Both the position numbers and the translations under genes were made by a program. DNA of 64,000 nucleotides, taken from NCBI GenBank assembly GCA_002104905.1, contig MCFE01000357.1:1-64000 (forward strand), read 5' to 3'. The DNA is from Basidiobolus meristosporus CBS 931.73. Lineage: Eukaryota > Fungi > Basidiobolomycota. Under the pieces are notes generated by a model. It ran no database searches, was not told the origin of the DNA, and worked only from the letters and a program-made list of their open reading frames with translations. Position 1 is the stretch's first letter. Each line of letters begins with the position of its first letter. Positions 37,001 to 47,922 of the stretch are shown here, piece by piece.

Positions 37001-38700
37001 AAGTTCAAGATGTCCAATCTAGGAGAACTTAGTTACTACTTAGGGATTAAGTTCTCCATAGACCAAAGAGCCCAGACTATCACCCTAAGCCAATCCAAGT
37101 ATATTCAAGATATACTAAAGCAGTACCAAATGGAAGACCGTAAACTGGCAGCTACCCCAATGGAGACAAACCTTAACTTGGTCAAAACTCAACCAAATCA
37201 AGAGAGCTTGGTGCCATCTGAAAGCCCTGACTTTCCATATCAATCTATAGTTGACAGTCTGATATATATTATACTTGGAACACATGCAGATATCTCATAT
37301 TCAGTGGGAGCTGTCAGCCAACGTAATCAGAACTATGGAACTGATCATATTGCAGCAGTTAAGTGGATTTTCAGATACCTAAAAGGAACTGCTGATATCT
37401 GCTTAAGATTCACTTATAATGATTCAGAACAGGATCTAGTGGGATACTCTGATGCTGATTGGGGATGAAATTTGGAAGATAGAAGATCTACCACAAGATA
37501 CACCTTTCTTTACTGCAAAGAAGCAATTTCATGGAACTCAAGAAAGCAACCAACTGTAGCTCTTTCAACCACAGAGGCAGAGCATATGGCAGTCTGTGAA
37601 GCTACAAAAGAAGCAATGTGGCTAAGAAAACTTTTTACAGACTTAGGCCTATGTCAAAAAACGCCTATTACTTTATTTCAAGATAATCAAGGATGTTTAC
37701 AATTAAGTAGATATCCAACTTTTCATGCTAGAACCAAGCACATAGATATTAGACATCATTTCATACATGATGCTATAGAGAATAACTTAGTTAGCTTAGT
37801 TTACTGTCCTTCAGATGAAATGATTGCAGACATATTTACCAAACCATTTGCTAGAGACAAGTTTGAATATCTTAGGTCAAAATTAGGACTAGTCAGTATG
37901 AACATTTAGTTGAGTGGGAGTGTTGTAAAAGTTTGTAATTCCACCTAAATATTCACCTAACTTAGTCACTTAGATCATTACCTTCCTATCCTAGAGAATA
38001 CTGCCCAAATTCCTTGTTGGGATTTACTTAGAATATTTTCACCAAAATACCAGGTACTCAGAAAATGAAAATCCTCAAAGTTGTCCAAACAGCCCCAAAC
38101 TTTGCACACATGCTCTTGGGACCTTCCTTACCTATTCTAAGTGTTTGTTATGCCAAGACTATGTAAAAGTATAAATACTACTTTTACATTCAATAAATCA
38201 TTAAGTGAAAACCGCATAATCTACTTGTCCTCCCAATCACTTCCAATATCTCCAAGACTTTACAACAAGTTGCAACTTGGGATGATTTTGGCAAGAAGTA
38301 GTAGTAAATCCTCAATGCCCCCATTACTGCTATTAGTGGATGCAAACCACTTCACTAGCCACAACATCACATCATTCACCAGTAGATGGATTACTGGGCT
38401 CACTTGATTCCAAAGAGTTTCCTTGGCATTTTTTTTCTACAAGTATAGTCTCATTGCATAATGGGATCTTGCTGGGCTCCTGCAGGGTACTGCTGTTAGG
38501 GAAGACAGGCTCACAATCCTTCAGTGAGCCTGCTTCTTCACAGCTATCACTCTACATGCCATATTCACAAGGCTGGGGTGTGCCTAAAGGTGTCACAAAC
38601 TCTCCTGACTCAGTTTGCGCAAGGTGAAAAGTATGGCCAGATGCTGTTATAGAAGTATCAAGTGGCCAGCAAGATTTTGTTGGTACAGGGATACCTAGTG
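31100..38700 (-). pseudogene. CACTA-type (Tnp2/Transposase_21 plus DUF4218-like) transposase, split by the copia insertion
   Basis: NLPC...PACVNN..F...RCPT, DMLDGKHYKQL, LALDG, CWQLNLINL.LLP.LRY, GPK..NLDSYLYPLLDE, GHNGMHCCQMC, HLLFHLTWCIENIGPCFTFWEFPMEQMCG; the frame runs through the insertion site once the TSD is removed. Confidence 0.88.
33589..38267 (+). mobile_element. Structurally complete copia family B element (4679 bp), decayed gag-pol
   Basis: LTRs 33589-33938 and 37921-38267 (~17 substitutions and 3 indels by hand); TSD AGTTG at 33584-33588 and 38268-38272; PBS 33939-33950; PPT 37912-37920; gag, protease WYIDSGASQH, integrase, RT LALYIDDLII, RNase H RTKHIDIRHH. Confidence 0.97.
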
Positions 38701-39079
38701 AATGTTCAAATATTACTTGTGTGGCCAACCACTGGCCTTGATACTTTTAATACTTCCTATGCTGTCTGTGTTCTTTGTGGGTGGGAGGCTTGCTACAAGA
38801 GCCACATGGTCTTTTTTCTCTTCTCTTATGGTGTTGAATCAAAGTAGTCTTGTCAATGGGGCAAACAGCTACAAACTCAACAATGTAACACTATTATATC
38901 ACTTTTGTGTCAATATGCATGTGAATTTAAGACAGTCTTGTATTTGAGGCATTGCACCTAAATGAATGTAAGACCCAATGATGACCTGCCATAGTAAGCA
39001 TAATAAATAAAGCTGTGGCACCACATACATATGTATATGTAACACCACTTCCCCATTGGTTTGACTCACTTTCTTATAT

Positions 39080-41250
39080 ATGCTGCCAAAAAATAAAGCA
39101 ACATTGTCTGGTTCCCAACTAAACCCCACTGCTGACAGCAGCAGAAGAATGGCTGGACAAAAGCTTGCATTGAAATTTAGTGCAACAAGCAGGGCTGCAA
39201 CCAAAAAAGGCCCTGTGGACAGTGTGCCCACTGAAGGGAATAATGCAGACTCCTCAGGCTCTCAGTAAAGTATGCAATTGGGAATCTTGGAAGAGCTGCA
39301 AGCTCTCCTTGTTGCTGAGGTAGATGAGAATGTAGCAAATACAGTACCTTCAGTTGAAGACCAACAAGTGGCCATCATAACATTATCATCACCTTTATTA
39401 GCAAGTATGTTTTCAGCTCATACCAACTCATTAATGAGGCAATTAGGTGCAGTGGCTGATAGGATAGATGCAATGGCCCAGAGAAATCAGGAAATAGTCC
39501 AGAAACAAGATGAGCAGATAATGTGTAGAACATTCAATATCCCAGGTAGAGAAAGCAGTATCTCTGCTGCAAGGAAAAAACTCAAGTAGCTCTATATCAG
39601 AGCCAGGAATTGAGCAATTTCCCAATATAGCAGCAGAGGAACACTGTACAGTCTTTGAGGCACAACAACAGTGCCTAAAGATAAAGCCCACAGAAAAATC
39701 TATCACAGCATGAGAGGAAGAAAATGTAGTGTTTATACCAAGGCATAAAAATCAAAAGACATTGAAGATCCATGAAGCCATTGAGTGCAATGATGAAGAG
39801 TTGACTAATATTCAAGAGGCTATTAGAAGTCTTGCACATCTACACCTCAAGGCTGGCACACCATGGGACCATCAGGAGCTCAAGGCCAAGCAGAATGTGC
39901 TTGACTTGCTCCATGAGCAATATCCTGGATGGAAACAAGCAAATGGATTTTGGGCCAGCATTGGTAAGCTAAGAGAGTATCTCAAGAATAGCAGAAACCT
40001 TCAAAGGCAGCAGAACAAGGGTGCTATGGCTAAAAACCAGCAGCTTCCTCAAGAGCCTGTTGCAAGCAGGGCCAAAAGCTCCAAACAAGTGTCAAAGAGG
40101 CATCAGGTAGCTGGAAGAGTGCCAATAAGGGAAAAGCAGGCAGATACAGATGCACCAGCACAATATTTACTAAGGAAAAAGCGTACTTCTACTCAAGAAG
40201 CACTCAGTCACAGTAGCAGTAAAGGACCTGGCAATGATAAAAACAAGTGGCTACTGCAGGAGCCCATCTCAGCATGGGTGGAGAGCTCAAAACAAGCGGG
40301 AAAGAAGCATCATGTTGCCCGCACAGTGCCAGCAAGGAATAAGCAGGCCAAAACAGATGCATCAGAGCAGCATTTATCAAGAAGAAAATGTAGTTCAATA
40401 CAAGAAGCCCTCAGCAAAGTAGCGGTGAAAGACCTGGCAGTGACAAACAAAAAGGCAAAGGGGAAAAAGTCTACTCAAGCCAGAGACAGGGAAGTATAAG
40501 AAAAAATCTGCAGTTCTTGCCAATTAACACCATATGCCTGGAGCAGACTGAATCCCATCATAGCCAAGAAGAATTACCAGCAAAAAAACAGCTGTTTTCA
40601 CAGGAGTTGGAACCACAGCCAGTTGAGCTACACTCCAGTGAGGTAGATAAGCTTGTAGGGAAAGGCAATTTGTCTACCACAGCCTCCATGTCCTCCATTG
40701 TTAACAGAGTGGAGGTCCCACTGACACACTAAGTAAAACTGTCAAGAACTCAAAAGGTTATCACAATGCCTTCAGTGGAATTCTGGAACATTAATAGGCA
40801 CACCAAGAGGTTACAGCACCTCTTCCAGAGCAGTGCTCAAGAAAACACACTTGAATATTGCATAGACTTATTGCAAAGACTGGCGTATGAGAAGCTAGAC
40901 CTTGCAGTGCTGGCTGCAGACCAGGATGTAGGGGAACCAGTGAATGAACAATGGCATAAAGCCATAGGGTTCCCGCCAAAATTGTGGAAACAGAGCATTA
41001 CAGCAGAAATTTGTATTGAGTAGTTGATTTTAATGGAGTTACTTGTTGAGTGTGGGGTTGGGCTTAATGTTGGTGTAGGGTATAGGGACTTGCATAGGTC
41101 AATACAATTGGCAATTGAGGTACAACTGAAGTTTCAACTGAAATAAATAAATTTGTATGCATGAAAAATAAGCAAAATGGTTGAGTCAGGTAGTAAGGAG
41201 TGTGAAAAAGAGGCAATAGCAAACCAATATTCACAAATGTAGGAGGTGAT
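39080..41250 (+). pseudogene. ORF2 of the CACTA-like element; unknown ~700-aa protein (coiled coil, helical domain, 69-aa basic repeat)
   Basis: Near-contiguous ORF pieces 39080-39268, 39272-39589, 39729-40499, 40517-41023; at least five homologous fragments in the window. The 3' end is uncertain. Confidence 0.7.
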
Positions 41251-41484
41251 ACTGTGTCTGGGATTGGAAAGTGAGAAAATTGACAGAGAACCAATCAAAA
41301 GCCACTTTTGTATTGTTGTCATGAAAAATTTTGACCAAGTTGTTATGATATATGGGGTGCAATTATTTTTTGATGGTCTTTGCACAGTGTCCTGATGTAA
41401 TCAATACCTCTTAGTCATGGGACTTAAAATCTGTGATGGCCTTTTGACAGGATCTTCTCAATAAATTCTCATAGGGTGCTAGAT

Positions 41485-41915
41485 AGATCTGTATTTGGAA
41501 TCTCTGAGTTTCCAAAGAGGTACCACTGACTATAGTAGCTGCTATAACTTAGATAGAGAAAGCCCTATTTTATTAGCTCTATATGTGGACAATCTCAATA
41601 AAGCCATCAATAACCAAAAGTCATAGAAGAGACTTTATCCACTCTATCAAAGGAGTTCAAATGTCCAATCTGGGAGAGCACAGTTACCACTTAGGGATAC
41701 AGTTCACCATAGACAGAAGTACCCATACTAACACCCCAAGCCAGTCCAAGTATTCTCAAGATACACTGAAGAAGTCCCATGTGGAAGACTGCAAAGTAGC
41801 AGCTACCCCAGTTGTGACAAACCTTTATGTAGTCAAAGCTCAACCAAATCAAGAAACCTTGGTACTATATGAAAGCTCAAACTTGCAATACTATACTGTG
41901 GTTGGTAGTTTGATA
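41485..41915 (+). mobile_element. Copia-B RT fragment
   Basis: Matches 36830-37270 (MSNLGEHSYHLGIQF). Confidence 0.8.
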
Positions 41916-42266
41916 TGCTGCAAGAGTCTTGGAGATATTGGAAGTGATTGGGAGAGCAAGTAAATGTTGTGGTTTTTGCATAAAGATTTACTGAATGTAA
42001 AAATAATAATAGTATTTTTACAAGGGCTTGGCATAGAAAACACATAGAATATATCTAGTAAGGTCCCAAGAGCATGTGTGCAAAGTCTGGGGCTGCTGGG
42101 ACTACTTTGAGAAATTGCATGATCTGGTCAACTGGTAATTTGGTAAAAGAAAACTCTGACTAAATCCCAAGAAGAGGCTTAGTCAGTATTCTCTAAGACC
42201 TGTAGGTAGTGATTATAGTGACTAAGCTAGGTGAGTATTTAGGTGGAATCAAGTACTTTTACAACA
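41916..42266 (-). repeat. Diverged full-length LTR of copia family B, no TSD
   Basis: TGCTGCAAGAGTCTTGGAG...TTTTACAACA; reverse complement of LTR B; flanks TGATA/GATGT. Confidence 0.85.
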
Positions 42267-45200
42267 GATGTGCTGACTGATATTCATCAACATCTCAGAT
42301 GCACATACAAGTTGCAAAATAGCAATATATTGGTATTGTAGTGCAGTGGGGTCATAGTGCCATCTACGGACAGATGTACTCATTCCCATGTTTCTTCCCC
42401 CTGCATTACATTACCTTAATACTAGGACTATGCACTCCTCTTGCTTGATCTATATTGTTCTGTTTACCAACTTGCTACCACTCCTGCTCATTCTATTGCA
42501 AAGCTATCTCTCACTCTATGTATGATGCTGGAATATAATGCCTCTTAAGTTGCAACAACATTAGTGCAGGCTGCAGGAGCTTCAAGCAACTTTGCAACCT
42601 TCAGTCTGATGTAGCTGACTAATTAGCTATAATATAATGAGCAAAATCCTTCATGATTTGTCAGCTATATTTGAAGTGTCTAAGCTAGTGGAGTATTAAG
42701 GTATATTGAAATTTGCAGACTACTTAGAGGTGTATTTAATATTTAAGACACCTTGATGTGATAGCCAGAAGTTTTGCACATAGAAGTTACCAGGGTGCTA
42801 GCATGAAAAGTTTTATAAAAGTTCTTAGAAGGTTTGTTAAGTCTTCTCCAGATATATGGCAAATTTATGAAGCTATTCTGAGTAAAGAGCCTGTGTGGGA
42901 AGTAGAAAAATCCAGAATCCATGATACAAGTAGCCAAATGGATGTTAGTGTTCAGTTATATGTGCAAGTTTTATGCAAAAGTGACAACTACTACTACATA
43001 ACTATTTAGACTATGCAGAAGCTGTGAATAACTTGAGAAAATGCAGCCAACACAGTAATGCCACTTTCTACACTGCACCCAATTGTATTAGCTCCATTGA
43101 GCCAGTACTTGTAGAATATTAATTACTCTGAGACTACTTCTATCTGTAAGTATACTGCTTGAAGACATTGATGCCATCCATCACACTGGTATAGATTAGG
43201 AATGAAATCATATTTGAGTTAGGAAACTACTATGTGAAGAATTGTATGCATAGCTCAGTGCTCTGAGACATGGAAACATTCATGGGCTTCTTTCTAGAAG
43301 TTGTGATCTGGATGAAGAATCACTGTACATTGCTGAAGTGGGCATTTACTGAGATCCAGAGCTAGAAACCTGGCATAAGTATCTGCATAGCCAATTGGAG
43401 TACTGGAGAGCATTCACCAAACATTTTGCTGACACACAAATGGAACAAAGTCTAGGAGTTATGAGAAGCTTTGAACTTGTCCATATAGCCACATATTATG
43501 CAGACAGTGTGTAACAAACAAGTGATTATCATGAACCTCATCTGCAAAAACCACTTTGAACTGTACATACCAATTTTGGGAGTAGGTTTGAAAGCAAGCT
43601 TCAATATAAATGACAACACTAATGGGGCGGGATACCACCTGAAGATCACATAATAATTGATTGGGATGATCCTTCCTGGGAACATTTTGGGGGGACGCCA
43701 ATCAAACCATGGAACATTATACGGTGGCTCGAAATGACTTGATGGTGAGCGGGGATATAGCGGGGATTTGATGAACTAAGCCATCGATGCTCTTCCGTCA
43801 AAGGCCCTTACCACACGTTGGAAGCTAGTGTTAGCGAAAGAGATCCAGGTTGGGTTGGAGTGTTAACACTGTGGGTTTGTCTACAGCTCAGAAACCAGTA
43901 TTCGGCAAGAAAACCGCCGACCGAGCAAGATCTCTCCATGTCACCTGTCCTCTAGAAACGAAATCCACTGGTGATCCTTCTCGAGGGTTTGCAGTTCAAT
44001 TCGAGTGCAGGATGACTAATCCTATCGTATATAGTCAAATGCCAGCCTTACCACATGCGATGACGAGGTGTAGATAAATAAAGGAAGCACTCCTCCCGCT
44101 GGCAAGAATCTCCGATTAATCACCAACACCGAGATCTAGAAATGGATTTGGAATGATTTGAGCAACTCACCCACATGCCACCAGGATTGAGCTAGATAAT
44201 CACGAGTCAAGTCAACAGAAACCACATTATCCAAGGTATCAATCCTTGTGTAAGCAACAAATCTGGTGGAGGAACAACCAAGACATCACGCTTCGAGAAT
44301 GCAGGATATGCTGCTCGAGCCGAGCCTATCTAACGAGCGCAGAAGCTGCGGACGAACACTGCTGCTGTAAAGTACGGTCGGGACTTGGTGGCAAGCACCA
44401 GCACTGCTCTTTCATTTGGCGGCTAGCAAGTTGACTGATTACTACAGCCCATGTGAAGATTCGAGAGATTTGTTCATGAAATTACAACGTGAGTGGTTTC
44501 TGAGGGTTAGATGCGATTCGAGAGGAGTGAAATCCATGCCTCCATTAACCATACATCGCCATCGTGGCCAATCACTCGCCACGCTCACTGAGATAAGCGG
44601 AATTGAGGTGAACGCTGTCTCAGGTAGCACCAAGGCCATGGAGGAACCGACTCCACTTTTTTCCTTTCCATCAGACACGCTACCTCACCTCCCTATCCAA
44701 TTATAGGCTAACCTGCCTAATGCAGTATTTCAGCTCTCCAAGTGCATTTGGGGCTGCATCTGATCATTGGTTGGGCGGACGACAATGACTAACTCATGAA
44801 CACCTCTACCACCTGCTACCAATAATATAGGTTACTGATTCAGAGCGTATCACACCAAAGTCGAGCAATTAGCTTTGGTCATCAGGTAATATGATTGCTA
44901 ATTGTGTGAACAGAAGCCAGCAAGCCTATCCCGCGCTGATAGATTGGTTTTAGGGGGTTTTGCAGGCAAGGCCTCCTTTGTTCTAGAATTCGCCCATTGA
45001 GACATCAAGGAAATGCTGGCTGGTATTCAACTAGCAAGGTAATACTGAGCGACGCAAGAGGTTCTATGTACAAGTAGATCCGTATCGAGCCAATAACCAG
45101 ACGCCCCTCACTTTCCGTATAATAGAGCCGCATCTGGCCAACCCTAAACCACGGAACAAATAAACCTACTCCGAATCTCCCATAGTTCTCCAAAACATTC

Positions 45201-47851
45201 CTTCCACGGTGTCGACAGCCGCCCTTCGTGATTGGCCGGTTCGGTGAGAATAATAAATAATAACAATCGGATCAGCCAACCACTGGGATCGTTGGAATTG
45301 TTATTTGAGATGTGATGAATGGGGAAGGTGGCCGATACCGCTTGAAACTTCTCTGCGCGAGGTTCAGCATATCGGAATGACTGGATCTGCTATTGTATCT
45401 CTTGCTGCACCATAGCATCGACATCGAAGAGCCGACGTTGTACAGCATGGAAACAATCCCCAGCCATCGAAAGGGATGCAAAGTTACGTAAACCTAGTCA
45501 TCACCCAGTTTATTAAGCAGAATGACGAGCTTATTAATCCTTTGAGTATGGCGGTAACACCATCTGACTCGCTCTTGCTGCAATTAAATGGCTGGGTCTA
45601 ATGCAAAACTACTTGGAGGATTGAGCCCAAGGTCACTGCGATGACACACCTGGGTTCTAGCGCAAATGACAGGGAATTCCGCTGGTTTCATATGTCACTT
45701 TTCCTAGTGATGACACTAGCCATCAGTCACCCCTTTGTTTGGGATGGTTGATTTTTGTTGTACATTGATCCTACTCACTCTCATGATGTCTCAAGATGCA
45801 TATTTGCTGCTTCTCTTTCCCTTCCACCTTGCCTTGAGACCGATGCAGTATCGATCAGCTAGATGGGAGATCTTAGATTTCTAGTCTGGCGATAGACGAT
45901 GCTCATACAACCCAAAGATGGCCTTCTCTTGGAGTGGCCCAATGCATTGGACCATGCTTGGCCCAGCGATCATGTGACCTGAGGGCTGCATGCTTGCTGG
46001 ATGAGTATTTTTCCACACATACACCACCAGCGATCCCGACCATTCCCATCGGTAGGTTTAACACGGGAAAAAGATATGTGTTGAATCAATAGAGATCGCT
46101 TACAAATTAATTGGGGTTGGGACCAAATTTCCAGTTAGCCTAAAGCGGGAGTCAGATCGAACTAGCTTGGCCTAATCTACATCAACCGCTCTACCATCCC
46201 CTAATCTATATTAAATCGGCAATTGAGAGGGCTCGCTCATCCTTGCTTTTTTAAGGAAAGAGCTCAGTGCAGATCAAACATGAAGTTATCGCCAGTTACA
46301 TAAGCTAAGCCTATACCCATCCACCTTGCGTAATCAGAACAATGTTACATAGTCGCCACAGAGGACAGAGGATTCTGGTTTGAGCTGCTGATATAATCCT
46401 CCCAGTGATTACACAGGCATAAGCAGCGCCATATTCACAATTATAGACTACTATCAGACTGCGCCAAAGAGGGCTCACAGTTGGCCATTCTCCGGGTAGA
46501 ACAAATTGGACAGCCGGCATGTTCGTTTAGGGGGGCCATATTTATTTAATACATATCTGATACTTCGTTGCTGGTAGTTGTACAGTATGGATGTAGGGGT
46601 GTTTAAATGACTTTTCTCGATAAGGAGAAATTGCTGAGGAATGTCGATATTGATTAATGCAGAACACGACCGGGAAACTCTAAATATCTCACTCGACTTC
46701 GAGATCGTTTTCGCATCGGATTTATCCAAATGCAGGGAAGCGTTTCCCTGTATCCAGCCCGAAAATATGGGGATTTCCGAAATCCCCAAGCCCCTTATCT
46801 GCGACAGGGATGACATGCGTGACACAACACTGATAGAGTCAAGTCCTAGCGTCGCGCCGATGAAAGTGGTTTCTGGGAAATTCCAATGGCTGCTGGTTGG
46901 CGTTGATTATCAATCCGATGGTTGGATATCCGCGGCGATATGCTCATACCGCCCTCAACCGCACCTCCATTAAACATCCACATCTTCCGGAATTCCCATG
47001 GTGATTCACTCCATGAGACCGGCACTAATCGCTCATCAGCCTGGCATCGCATACAAATCCGCCGTACAAATCAACCGTTACAATATATGCCTCGCCAACA
47101 TCAATGCTGCACTGGCATGAAAATTACAGCGAGCTGCATCGAAGTGCAGCAGATCGGATTTTCCTGAATCCCAGACTAGAACCGATATCAGCACACATAC
47201 AGTGTCGCAAGTGAACGATATTCCTACCTTTTCGGGTAATCGGTGGTGAACGCCATATTCAGATGAGTGGTAGAGCCGCGAGTGAATTTCAGTAGCTGAA
47301 CTCGATGTGACGCAACTCCAGGCTTCTCTGGTTTGGGATGAACCATGCGTTGCTAGGTTAGATTGGGTGGACATTAGAACATTCAGCACCATAGTTTCAC
47401 CAGAATCCACGCTAAAAGTCATTGGAATCGGCGCCTTTGGATGGGAAAAGCCATCGAAAACCACCAGCCTGTGATACAAAAGGTATGTTTATTTTCCTTT
47501 CGAGACTTTGTTAATCTAATACGTAAGAAGGTGAGCCGGATTGTGTACCAGTTGCCTAGGTAACAGGTCAACTCGCAGTCTGGTGACAAAATAGACAGCA
47601 ATAACAACATATACTCCAGATGGCTACAATTAATCCTAAAGTTGGCCCTAATGGCTCTGATCTTTTAATAAACTGATGAATGGTGATTGACTGTTCTCCT
47701 AAGCATTCGGCCACCCAAACCAGCATGTCTTACGTTGTGCTACTGACAATGGTAAGAGAATAGAATATTGATCTGAGGCAGCAAATAATGAGCCGTATTT
47801 AACTTTGTTATTGGTATATTGGAATCGATCTCATCGGTCGTCTGGAATGCT

Positions 47852-47858
47852 TATAAAA
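47852..47858 (+). promoter_or_regulatory. TATA box upstream of the C2H2 gene
   Basis: TATAAAA 71 bp before the ATG at 47923. Confidence 0.55.
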
Positions 47859-47922
47859 GGGGCGGCGCCCTGTGCCATCTAGACATCAAGCATTGTTTCT
47901 CCTACTTCTCCAACTCATTAAG

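Larger units (their letters stand above)
31080..41480. mobile_element. Most complete copy of the CACTA/EnSpm-like (CMC) DNA transposon, interrupted by copia B; termini not identifiable
   Basis: Transposase on minus, ORF2 on plus, shared ~400-bp divergent spacer; the same arrangement is seen at 18229-20697. Confidence 0.85.

Noticed and set aside
2134-41385. Dozens of 60-130 aa ORFs antisense to TE genes (e.g. 2134-2373, 22925-23149, 33931-34158, 39443-39706)
   Set aside because: Shadow frames of transposon coding sequence with no independent motifs.
41000-41476. Treating revertible stops as proof that ORF2 extends to 41476
   Set aside because: Every stop codon starts with T, so T>C reversion is always possible; only cross-copy synonymous patterns were used.
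31080-41480. CACTA/CACTG terminal inverted repeats and a 3-bp TSD
   Set aside because: Both ends are cut by copia fragments, so no termini can be supported.
1-43650. Classic ascomycete RIP
   Set aside because: CpA/TpG remain abundant and CpG is the depleted dinucleotide; the non-CpG changes seen are too few to call RIP without computed indices.
44246-47610. Short ORFs upstream of the C2H2 gene (e.g. 46641-46973, 47078-47479)
   Set aside because: No recognisable domains, overlapping on both strands, no coherent splice structure.
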